A stretch of 64,000 bases of DNA from positions 1,139 to 65,138 of the IMG/VR virus record IMGVR_UViG_3300021403_000006; one strand, given 5' to 3'. The position numbers and the translations under genes were made by a program. This document shows, one piece after another, positions 46,013 through 54,103 of this stretch. The DNA comes from a virus. Lineage: Duplodnaviria > Caudoviricetes. The notes under the pieces were generated by a model. It saw only the letters and a program-made list of their open reading frames with translations, did no database searches and was not told where the DNA came from. Numbering within the stretch: the stretch's first letter is position 1; each line of letters starts with the position of its first letter.

Positions 46013-46801
46013 TTAGTTGATGATCCAAGAGACGCTGTCGAGGAAGACCTGGCCGGTGGTATTGGTGGCTGGGAAACGCAGCCGGATGTTTCCGTCGATG
46101 CCAATATCAACCCGGTAAGTGCGGGCCGGGATCACGTCCTCCACTGCCATCACCGTGATTGGACGTTGCGGAGTGGTATTGAGCGGGCACGACAACATGA
46201 CGGAACCCTCCGTGGGATTCCCGCCTGGGAAATAGATCTCTCCGGCCAGTTGGCAGCGGCCCCAAGCGTCGACCATGTACTGCAAAGCAGAACCCGGTAC
46301 CCCTTGCCAGGGACTGGTGACGTAGGCATTCAGACTGCTCCAGGTGGGCGGTGCCAGTTGACCCATGTCGCCTTGCGCCCCAGTGGGTCCTACCGGACCT
46401 TGTGGTCCAGTAGGCCCGGTGGCTCCCTGGTCTCCTTGCACTCCTCCCAGGCCGGTATTACCTGCCAGGCCTTGCGGGCCAACCGCGACGTCAAGGGTGA
46501 TCCAACCCTGGACGCTGTCGTAGAACCACACCACAGGTGGTGTTCCGACCAACCAGATCATGCCGCTGTTCTCCGGCGGGGGCACCGAGGGTAGATAGCT
46601 CTCATCGAGGACGACTTGGGCGATAACGAACCCACCGGGAGGGCCTTGCGGCCCAACCGGTCCCATGTCTCCTTGTGGACCAGTCGGTCCCTGAACTCCC
46701 CCTGGGCCTTGTGGACCGGGAGGTCCGGATGGTCCCGGCAAACCAGGGACCAGGATCTCCACAATGTCTTCGGTAGGAGTGGTGACGATGGCGTTAGACA
46801 T
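46013..46801 (-). CDS. Collagen-like virion fibre protein
   Basis: Two Gly-X-Y tracts; beta-sandwich-like C-terminus; ATG 46801. Confidence 0.75.
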   Translation of the reverse strand: MSNAIVTTPTEDIVEILVPGLPGPSGPPGPQGPGGVQGPTGPQGDMGPVGPQGPPGGFVIAQVVLDESYLPSVPPPENSGMIWLVGTPPVVWFYDSVQGWITLDVAVGPQGLAGNTGLGGVQGDQGATGPTGPQGPVGPTGAQGDMGQLAPPTWSSLNAYVTSPWQGVPGSALQYMVDAWGRCQLAGEIYFPGGNPTEGSVMLSCPLNTTPQRPITVMAVEDVIPARTYRVDIGIDGNIRLRFPATNTTGQVFLDSVSWIIN

Positions 46802-47247
46802 CAGTCGTAAGACCCCCTGGTGGCGACGGTGAGTGCGGGATTCGCTTGGTCGATCGGCTGGGTGATATTCGGCTCGACGCTGAAGAAGCCGCGCATGATG
46901 CGGTCCTGCACTCCAGTGGCGTAGAGGGCGAAGAGGTCGTAGTTGTACGAGCGTCCGATGCCCCAATACCCCACGGCCTGGACGGCTCCGGGGTAGTTCC
47001 CCCACTGGAAGTAGGTGAGACTGTCCTCAGGGGTGATGTGGAGTTGGATCGAAGCGCCGTCTTCCAGGACGGTGCAACGGCTGGTCTGCTCGTCCAAGCG
47101 CAGGGCCAGCACGCCGTTGGCGTTGCGGATCTCCATGACCGCCTGATCGATGGCGATGAGCAGCCCGGTATAGGGGTCGCGCAGCCGAACGACCTTCTGC
47201 CAGTCAGCCCCGGCGTCGAGTTTGAAGTCGTATCTGACCAGGGGCAT
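46801..47247 (-). CDS. Beta-sandwich structural adaptor (BppU-like)
   Basis: GADW...MEIR...I.L.I.P..S...YDLF...G...V.P.IT. Confidence 0.6.
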   Translation of the reverse strand: MPLVRYDFKLDAGADWQKVVRLRDPYTGLLIAIDQAVMEIRNANGVLALRLDEQTSRCTVLEDGASIQLHITPEDSLTYFQWGNYPGAVQAVGYWGIGRSYNYDLFALYATGVQDRIMRGFFSVEPNITQPIDQANPALTVATRGSYD

Positions 47248-47250
47248 CGC

Positions 47251-47754
47251 TCACCACACCAAGGTCTGGACAAAGAAGTCCTGCTGCTGCATGTCGTTGA
47301 CGTTCTCTTCGTTCTTGACCTGCTCGCCCAGAGCCGAGACGGTCAAGTAAGTGCCGTTGACAAACCCCTGCTTCTCGTACTTGGTGACGCGGTAGACGTT
47401 GTTGTCGTAGGAGAAGCGATCCCGGAAATGCGCCGCCGTGTTGAGTGGCCCCAGGCGGAACCGGTCATTCGCCTCAGTGACCTGGAAGCACACGCTGGCC
47501 GTGGACAGGACGTAGAAGCCTTCCTCGGAATCGATGGGATCGTCCTGGCGAAAGTCCAGGAACAGGACGGGCAGGACCACGGGCGGGTACCACACCCGGC
47601 TCGGACCCTCGTCGTAGACCGGGTTCTTGGTTGAGGCCATGGAGTCGTATTCGAACCACAGCACGCTCTCGCCCCAGTAGCGCTGGTAGCTCCGCATGGT
47701 CTCGTTCATGCGGAGCAGACGATCTTTGGCGTACCAGCCGGGTGTGTAAGGCAT
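47251..47754 (-). CDS. Neck/head-closure protein
   Basis: G..V.WF...PVYDEG...DRFSY...VYRV; near the adaptor gene. Confidence 0.6.
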   Translation of the reverse strand: MPYTPGWYAKDRLLRMNETMRSYQRYWGESVLWFEYDSMASTKNPVYDEGPSRVWYPPVVLPVLFLDFRQDDPIDSEEGFYVLSTASVCFQVTEANDRFRLGPLNTAAHFRDRFSYDNNVYRVTKYEKQGFVNGTYLTVSALGEQVKNEENVNDMQQQDFFVQTLVW

Positions 47755-47758
47755 CAGA

Positions 47759-48016
47759 TCACTCCCCGTTCTTTCCGCTGTTGCGGGTGCCGATGTACGC
47801 TCCCAGCAGACCCGTCAGCCCTCCGGTCCCGGCGATAAGAACCTGGGTGGCGTTCTCTGATAGCTCGATCACGGGGCGAGAACTGAAGATGATCTGCGCC
47901 ATGGTGGCGATCAGGATCAGGATCACCATCAGACCAAGCGAGGCAGCTAGGACCAGGGCGACCTCGTCCACTGGGCGTCGACCCTTCGGTGGCGGGGGCG
48001 GGCTTGATGGTTCCAT
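47759..48016 (-). CDS. Two-TM membrane protein
   Basis: Two hydrophobic helices; G..GAY.G motif. Confidence 0.65.
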   Translation of the reverse strand: MEPSSPPPPPKGRRPVDEVALVLAASLGLMVILILIATMAQIIFSSRPVIELSENATQVLIAGTGGLTGLLGAYIGTRNSGKNGE

Positions 48017-48187
48017 TCACGAGGCCACCGCAGGCGGTGTCGGCTCGACTGGTCCCTCTGAACTGCCAGGGTCGTGTTGTTCCAGCCAGTGGCTTAGGAA
48101 CGAGATGATCTTCGGTCCGAGGGTGGTGAGGCACAGCACCGCGAAGCCGATCAACGCCGAGATCAACGCCTGCACGGTGCCGCTCAT
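48017..48187 (-). CDS. Single-TM peptide
   Basis: ATG 48187 with ATGA overlap; hydrophobic N-terminus. Confidence 0.55.
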   Translation of the reverse strand: MSGTVQALISALIGFAVLCLTTLGPKIISFLSHWLEQHDPGSSEGPVEPTPPAVAS

Positions 48188-48570
48188 CCGTAGACCTCTC
48201 GGACGTAGACGAACGCACACAGGAAGCTCCAGGCGATGAAGATCAGCCCGAAGCCCAACCGGTATTCCCATTGGGCAGCGATGAGGAAGAACCCGGCATA
48301 GCAGGCGTAGGCAGCCCACACCCCTGCCGACACGGCAATGGGCCAGGCATCCCGGTGCGGCTTCAGGAACCCTGACAGGCGGGCGAGGAGCGCCAAACTG
48401 GCAGCCCAGAACAACCCGTCCAGCACCCACTCCAACGCTGGGATCTGCGAGCTTCCCGGCCCGTGTCGGAAGCTGAAGGGGATACTGGCCCCAGCGTCCG
48501 CGATCAGAACGCAGACGATGAAGACCGGGTGGACCCGGACCTTGTGAAAAAGGACTGACTCGGTCACCAC
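48184..48570 (-). CDS. Four-TM membrane protein (holin candidate)
   Basis: Four hydrophobic segments; GTG 48567 or 48570. Confidence 0.6.
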   Translation of the reverse strand: MVTESVLFHKVRVHPVFIVCVLIADAGASIPFSFRHGPGSSQIPALEWVLDGLFWAASLALLARLSGFLKPHRDAWPIAVSAGVWAAYACYAGFFLIAAQWEYRLGFGLIFIAWSFLCAFVYVREVYG

Positions 48571-49679
48571 CAGCCCACCCATCCGGTGTTGATCGTCGTG
48601 AACTGCCAGTAGTACCCCTGCCCGGTCTTGGGGTCGACGTCCCTGGTGGGGTCGATGTTGGTGTTGGATTGGGTGCAGACGTAGCGCCGGTTCTCGTAGT
48701 CGATGAGGTCGTTTTTGTTGTAGGGACGTGTGGAGTCCCACAGGCCCTGGTAGGTGTACATCTGCTGGGTGACATCGATGGCTGGCATTTCCCGTTGCGG
48801 CCAGGTGATGTCGTCGTACTCCTTCGAGCGATAAAGAGGAACGAGCCTCTTCGTCGTCCTAGAAACTCGCCGGAGACGAGACATGGTGATGCGGTACAGC
48901 CCCACGCCCAATGCCGAGGACAGCATCATGTACTGCTGCTGAAGCTGGCCGATCATGGCCGTGATCTGCTGGAAGGTCTGGCTGATCGGGATGGTCACGC
49001 CGTCCGGGGTGTGAACGTCGTGCTGCTGCGCCGCCCCCACGGCCATGTCCCACAGGGCCATGATCGTGACCAGGATCGAGATGGGGTACTCCTCGACCTC
49101 GGAGATCATCATGGGCTGCGGTGAGCCATAGCTCGTTGGCTGCCCAGCAGAGTTCAGTGGAGGTGGCCCCGGCGGCGGTGGGTACCCCACATCGATGTCG
49201 TCGGTCGGGTCCGTCCCGTAGGTGTGCTGGATGTAGGCGGTCCGGACGTAGAGGTCAAGCTCAGAGGGCAGATAATCCCGGTAGAACGTGCCCTGAGCCA
49301 CCACCAGGATTCCTTGGGCCGGAGCCTGCTGGAACGTGATGATCCCGCCATGGTCGTCCAGGAAGAAATCCTGGCCGATGACCTGGCTCTGGGTGCCTCC
49401 CGGCGTGGTGTCGGTGAGGACTACCTGGAGACTGGCGCGCTCGATGTTCTCGACCGGCAGTTCGAACCGCCAGGCCACACCGCTGCACGTCTGCCGGACC
49501 AGGAAAGGACGGGGCAGGTCGCGCAGACGCAGTCGAGCCATCTGCCCGATGCGCTGTGTGGACGAAGGGTTGACGGGCGGGTAGAGCAGCCCCTGATCGG
49601 TATCGGGGTACTGGCCCGGTTGACCAGCCGTGACGTCATAAGGATTGGGCAGCCCTGAAATCGGCCCGGTCATCGACAC
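48564..49679 (-). CDS. Head-tail adaptor/neck protein with C-terminal carbohydrate-binding-like repeat
   Basis: R.RL.D; EEYP...L....ALW...PDGV.IP..Q.; W.....Y...D.I.Y....Y.C. Confidence 0.6.
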   Translation of the reverse strand: MSMTGPISGLPNPYDVTAGQPGQYPDTDQGLLYPPVNPSSTQRIGQMARLRLRDLPRPFLVRQTCSGVAWRFELPVENIERASLQVVLTDTTPGGTQSQVIGQDFFLDDHGGIITFQQAPAQGILVVAQGTFYRDYLPSELDLYVRTAYIQHTYGTDPTDDIDVGYPPPPGPPPLNSAGQPTSYGSPQPMMISEVEEYPISILVTIMALWDMAVGAAQQHDVHTPDGVTIPISQTFQQITAMIGQLQQQYMMLSSALGVGLYRITMSRLRRVSRTTKRLVPLYRSKEYDDITWPQREMPAIDVTQQMYTYQGLWDSTRPYNKNDLIDYENRRYVCTQSNTNIDPTRDVDPKTGQGYYWQFTTINTGWVGWW

Positions 49680-49740
49680 ACTGGCAAGGCTACTTACGGG
49701 TGGTCAGGGGGCCTGTGCCACCCGGAGTTACGCTTGGCTC
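49680..49740. promoter_or_regulatory. Divergent promoters for the neck/lysis and tail operons
   Basis: Minus strand TAGCCT-N7-GTG(49679); plus strand TACGCT near 49729. Confidence 0.5.
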
Positions 49741-49803
49741 GTCCGGCCCGCTCACGTCGGTCTTGCTGTAAATCGCTAAAAATCGCCCAGAGATCCGAGG
49801 AAA

Positions 49804-50190
49804 ATGACTTCCTCTTCTTTTTCCTGTGTCAACACATCCGACCTGGACAAGCTCGCCAAGGCAGCCAGTGCCTACAAGCGAATGTCCAGCGTCAAGGTGG
49901 TCACCCAGGCCGCGACGCAGGCAGGAGAACACCTCAAGACGGCGATGCAGAAGACCATCACGGGCGAGTCAACCCTCCGGGATTACCACGACGTCGCCGA
50001 TGCAATCAGCGTCGGATCAGGGTCCAGCAATGTCTATGTGGGTCTCCCTGACTCTCACCCGCTATATAGCCGTGCCCTGGACATGCATAAGGTCTATCCC
50101 GTCTCCGACGTGGTGATGGATCTCACCCAGCAGCAAGGCGACACCGAGGCGAAGTTCCTCGACGCTCTGGCGGAGGCGATCAGCAAGTGA
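49804..50190 (+). CDS. Neck/tail-completion-region protein
   Basis: First gene of the tail operon; GTGA-coupled. Confidence 0.55.
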   Translation: MTSSSFSCVNTSDLDKLAKAASAYKRMSSVKVVTQAATQAGEHLKTAMQKTITGESTLRDYHDVADAISVGSGSSNVYVGLPDSHPLYSRALDMHKVYPVSDVVMDLTQQQGDTEAKFLDALAEAISK

Positions 50191-50924
50191 CTCTCGTCAA
50201 CCCGCCCAACGACGTCGTCGCCAACCCACCCTTCCTGGGCCTCTACACCGAGGAGGACATGGGCCTCAAGACCCTCCTCCAGGGCGTCACCGTCACCGAC
50301 CTCAACACCGCCGAGAACGCACCCCGACAGGTGCCGGTGTGGTTCCACAACCCGGAGCGGGAAGAGCGCCGCATCACCTACCCCAACATCACCATCAACT
50401 TCACCGGGGAGCGCATCGCCCACGAGCGGGAGCATCGGGGCTGGGTGCCCATCGGCTACCGCTACCTCCAGAACATTCCTTTCGACGGCGAGGTCCCACC
50501 CTCGGTCAACTACCCGATCCCCCTGGACTTCGACTACACGGTGACGTGCAGCGCTCGGATCAACCAGCACATCTCTCAGATCTCAGGCAGCCTCACCCAG
50601 GGCCGTCTCCATCCACGCTTCGCTCAGGTGACCTGCCCAGGCGGCACCGTCCGACGCGTTGAAGTCCTCGCCGTCACCAGAGGTAACGGCATGGAAGCCG
50701 ACAAGCGGATCTTCCGTCAGATCTACCAGGTCCGCATCCCCACCGAGGTCGAGGACATCGTCGCAGTGGCCAACACCCGTGTCCGCAACGTCCTCCTGAC
50801 CATTGTCGACAAGACCAGCGGGCGCACCGTCTTCGGTCCCGACCTGATCTCCAAGACCGCTGACCAGTCCTACGCATATCCCTCGATTCAAGGCCAGTAC
50901 CGCTCAGAGACTCCAGGAGACTAA
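50187..50924 (+). CDS. Tail terminator/completion protein
   Basis: VPVWF..PE.E....YP.ITI; PIP.D.DY.V; precedes sheath. Confidence 0.7.
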   Translation: MTLVNPPNDVVANPPFLGLYTEEDMGLKTLLQGVTVTDLNTAENAPRQVPVWFHNPEREERRITYPNITINFTGERIAHEREHRGWVPIGYRYLQNIPFDGEVPPSVNYPIPLDFDYTVTCSARINQHISQISGSLTQGRLHPRFAQVTCPGGTVRRVEVLAVTRGNGMEADKRIFRQIYQVRIPTEVEDIVAVANTRVRNVLLTIVDKTSGRTVFGPDLISKTADQSYAYPSIQGQYRSETPGD

Positions 50925-50926
50925 GC

Positions 50927-52516
50927 ATGGCAACTCTCACCCGTCCCGGCGTTTACATCGACCTGTCGTCGTTCCCCACGTACGCCAGCGCCACGCCGGG
51001 GGTCGCGGCGGCGTGCTTCGTGGGGTCTGCGCCCAGGGGACCGCTCACGCCGACCTTCGTGACCTCGTGGAAGGACTTCACCCGCCAGTACGGAGGCTTT
51101 GAGACCGCCTACCCGCCCAGCGCCCTGCACCTAGCGGTCTTCAGCTACTTCTCGGCGGGTGGTACCACCGCCATCATCATCCGGGCCTATCGCCTCGATA
51201 CCTCAGGACCAGTAGCCGCGGACTTCACTTTCGATGACCAGGCCACAACCACTCCGCAGCCCACCCTTCAGATTGCCGCGAAGAACCCTGGACAGTGGGG
51301 CAACAGCGTCTACGTCGACATCGTCCCCGGCACGATTCTTCCTCCCACCGGTAGTGCCAACACCACACCACTGAGCTTCAGCGTGATCGTGAAGTACCAA
51401 GGCACCAACCCGGTGAACATAGTGGAGCGCTGGGAGAACGTGTCGATGGTGCCCGGCTCCACCAACGCCGGTCAGAACAACTACGCCGTAGACGTCATCA
51501 ACAATCCCTACGCCGGGTCCACCTTCATCACCGTCACCGACGTCGGCATCCTCAACGCCACTCCCACACCTGCCCCCCAAAACAACCCGGCTGCGACGAC
51601 GGCGAGTCAGGCGCTGGAGGACGGTGACGACGGTAGCTCGCTGACCCTCACCGACATCACCACCGCGGTCCAGCAACTGGACCAGTATCCCGACCAACCG
51701 TTCGTGCTGAACCTTCCCGGTATCAGCGACGCCACCACGCTCGGTCCGGTCATCGGCTACGCCCAGAACCGGGGTGACGTCTTCCTCGTGATTGACTGCC
51801 CAGCACAAATGTCTGATCCGGCGACTGTGGTGTCCACGGCTCAAGGCTTAGGAGCCACAGCGCAGGCTGCCTTCTACTACCCCCAGGTGCAGATCTCTGA
51901 TCCGTACTCGCCAGTCGCTGGTCGTACCCGCTTGATCCCCCCCGGCGGGTTCGTGGTCGGTCAGTACATCTCCACCGACATGTCCAGAGGAGTGGCCAAG
52001 GCCCCAGCCGGTCTGGGGGCATCGCTACTCGGTGTCACGGGATTGGAGTTTGTCCTCACCAACGATGAGCAAGGCGTCCTGACTCAGGGCAACGTCAACT
52101 GTCTCGTATCCATCCCCGGCTCTGGGGTGGTGATCTGGGGAGCGCGCACCCTGTCTCCCTACCTGGTCACCCGCTACGTGTCGGTGGAGCGCACGATCAT
52201 CTACCTCCAGACCGAACTCGTGGCGCTCTCCAAGTTCGCTGTCTTCGAACCCAACGACTGGGTGCTGTGGAACCAGATCGTGTCGGTCATCAATCAGTTC
52301 TTGACCGCTTTCTGGCAGAGCGGGGGGCTGCAAGGTCAGAGCGCATCCGACGCCTTCTACGTCACCTGCGATGGCACCAACAACACACCGATGACCATCC
52401 AGCAGGGCGTCGTCAACATCGAAGTGGGCGTCGCGCTCCAGTACCCCGCCGAGTTCGTCGTCATCAGCATCGGTCAGTGGGCCGGTGGTCAGAACGTCGC
52501 GGTCACCACGTCATAA
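50927..52516 (+). CDS. Contractile tail sheath protein
   Basis: RPGVY; FVG...RGP; KAPAG; WGARTL; FAVFEPN; YPAEFV. Confidence 0.96.
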   Translation: MATLTRPGVYIDLSSFPTYASATPGVAAACFVGSAPRGPLTPTFVTSWKDFTRQYGGFETAYPPSALHLAVFSYFSAGGTTAIIIRAYRLDTSGPVAADFTFDDQATTTPQPTLQIAAKNPGQWGNSVYVDIVPGTILPPTGSANTTPLSFSVIVKYQGTNPVNIVERWENVSMVPGSTNAGQNNYAVDVINNPYAGSTFITVTDVGILNATPTPAPQNNPAATTASQALEDGDDGSSLTLTDITTAVQQLDQYPDQPFVLNLPGISDATTLGPVIGYAQNRGDVFLVIDCPAQMSDPATVVSTAQGLGATAQAAFYYPQVQISDPYSPVAGRTRLIPPGGFVVGQYISTDMSRGVAKAPAGLGASLLGVTGLEFVLTNDEQGVLTQGNVNCLVSIPGSGVVIWGARTLSPYLVTRYVSVERTIIYLQTELVALSKFAVFEPNDWVLWNQIVSVINQFLTAFWQSGGLQGQSASDAFYVTCDGTNNTPMTIQQGVVNIEVGVALQYPAEFVVISIGQWAGGQNVAVTTS

Positions 52517-52525
52517 GGAGGACAC

Positions 52526-53137
52526 ATGACCAGTCGCCCGCTGAACTCAGATCCACTGCGGAACTTCCGCTTCAACGTCAACATCAACCACCCAAACATC
52601 CCGACCCTGCCTCGCATGGGCTTCATGGCCATGTCCGGCCTGGCCGTCAACAACGAAGTCATCCCTTACCGCGAAGGCGGTAACAACACCACGACCCGCA
52701 AGATGCCCGGCCAATCCGACTTCGGCCCCATCACCCTCACCAGAGGGTTCATGGCCGCACCAGTAATGACAGCCGGTGCAGTCGGCACCGGCATCGGGAC
52801 CAACGAGATCTACAAGTGGTTCAGCCAGATCTTCGCGGTCAACGTGGGCAAGGGCTTCGGCAGCCCCACCACCAACTTCCGCGTCGGTGTGACCATCGAT
52901 GTCCTCTCTCACCCCATCACCACCACCGGGTACGCCGCCGGGGTCGACAACCCGCCTCCGATCAAAGCTCGCTTCCTGGTCTACAACGCCTGGCCCATGG
53001 GCTACTCCTTCTCCGACCTGGAGGCTGGCGGCAACGCCGTCTTCATCGAGAACCTGACCCTGGCCCACGAGGGCTGGGCGCTTCTTACCGCCAACCAGGA
53101 TCCCTCCAGCTTCCTGTCTAGCTCAGCGACGGTATGA
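52526..53137 (+). CDS. Tail tube protein (T4 gp19-like)
   Basis: DPLRNFRF; YREGG.N...K.PG; ITL.RG; NAWP; L.HEG. Confidence 0.95.
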   Translation: MTSRPLNSDPLRNFRFNVNINHPNIPTLPRMGFMAMSGLAVNNEVIPYREGGNNTTTRKMPGQSDFGPITLTRGFMAAPVMTAGAVGTGIGTNEIYKWFSQIFAVNVGKGFGSPTTNFRVGVTIDVLSHPITTTGYAAGVDNPPPIKARFLVYNAWPMGYSFSDLEAGGNAVFIENLTLAHEGWALLTANQDPSSFLSSSATV

Positions 53138-53955
53138 CGGTCTTCGAACCATCGCCGATCGATCCACTAGCTGAACCCGACGCCGCCAACGAGAGGGTCA
53201 AGAGCCTTACGTCGGCTCCGATCCCTTTGATGAAGCCGCCGACCGGCAACCGCACTCTGCTACCGGGCGGTTACCTGGATGACGAAGGCAACGTCCACCG
53301 TGACGCTCGCATCCGGGAGATCAACGGGTCCGACGAAGAAGCCATGGCTCGTGAGCTACGCAACCCGACCATCAACATCCCAAAGGTGGTCGACCTGCTT
53401 CTCAAGCGCACAGTGGAAGCGGTTGGAACAATCGACCCGGTCCCACCAACGGTCCTCAATGACATGCTGACCGGTGATCGGGCCGCGCTCATGCTGGCCG
53501 TACGGATCCTCACCTTCGGTCACGACTGGGAGGTGCCGGACTTTCCCTGCCGCATGTGCGGAGAGACCTTCGGCACCATCGTGGAACTGGACTCGATTCC
53601 CATCAAGAAGCTCGACAACCCCATGGTCCAAGAAGTCGACGTCGAGTTACGCAACGACCACACCGCCACCGTTGTCCTCCTAACCGGTGGCGTCCAGCTT
53701 GAGATGGTTGGCGACGGGAACCGGACCGGCCCGGAAGAAGCCACCATCGCTATCGACCGCTGCATCCGCAAGCTCGACGGCATGCCCGTAGCCGGACCCG
53801 TCGCGCAAAAGATGAGCATGGCTGACCGGCGCAAGATCGTCGCCGCCATGAGTGGATCTCAGCCCGGCCCCCAGATGGAGGAGGTGATGGTCACATGCAC
53901 CGAATGCGGAAGGGAGGCCAACTACACCGTCAGCCTGGTCGACTTATTTCGCTAA
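53134..53955 (+). CDS. Tail assembly chaperone (T4 gp26-like, Zn-binding)
   Basis: LPGG; REING.DEE; GDR..L...VR..TFG; two CxxC; lies between tube and TMP. Confidence 0.8.
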   Translation: MTVFEPSPIDPLAEPDAANERVKSLTSAPIPLMKPPTGNRTLLPGGYLDDEGNVHRDARIREINGSDEEAMARELRNPTINIPKVVDLLLKRTVEAVGTIDPVPPTVLNDMLTGDRAALMLAVRILTFGHDWEVPDFPCRMCGETFGTIVELDSIPIKKLDNPMVQEVDVELRNDHTATVVLLTGGVQLEMVGDGNRTGPEEATIAIDRCIRKLDGMPVAGPVAQKMSMADRRKIVAAMSGSQPGPQMEEVMVTCTECGREANYTVSLVDLFR

Positions 53956-54103
53956 CACCATCACCCCCTTCGACCTCCTCTACCTCCAGTACCAGCGGAT
54001 CTCGGAACGGTTCCCCGGTTGGGGTCTGTCCGAGATCAAAGCCATGCCCCACTTCGAACGTCGCCATTGGGTCGACGTAGTACTGAGCAACGTCGATGGC
54101 TGA
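53948..54103 (+). CDS. Frameshift-accessed C-terminal extension of the tail chaperone
   Basis: +1 frame FANTITPFDLLYLQYQRISERFPGWGLSEIKAMPHFERRHWV...; no start codon upstream of the motif. Confidence 0.7.
   Translation, partial: FANTITPFDLLYLQYQRISERFPGWGLSEIKAMPHFERRHWVDVVLSNVDG

Noticed and set aside
43866-49679. Invertible segment
   Set aside because: No flanking inverted repeats or recombinase found by eye; the block has its own promoter signature
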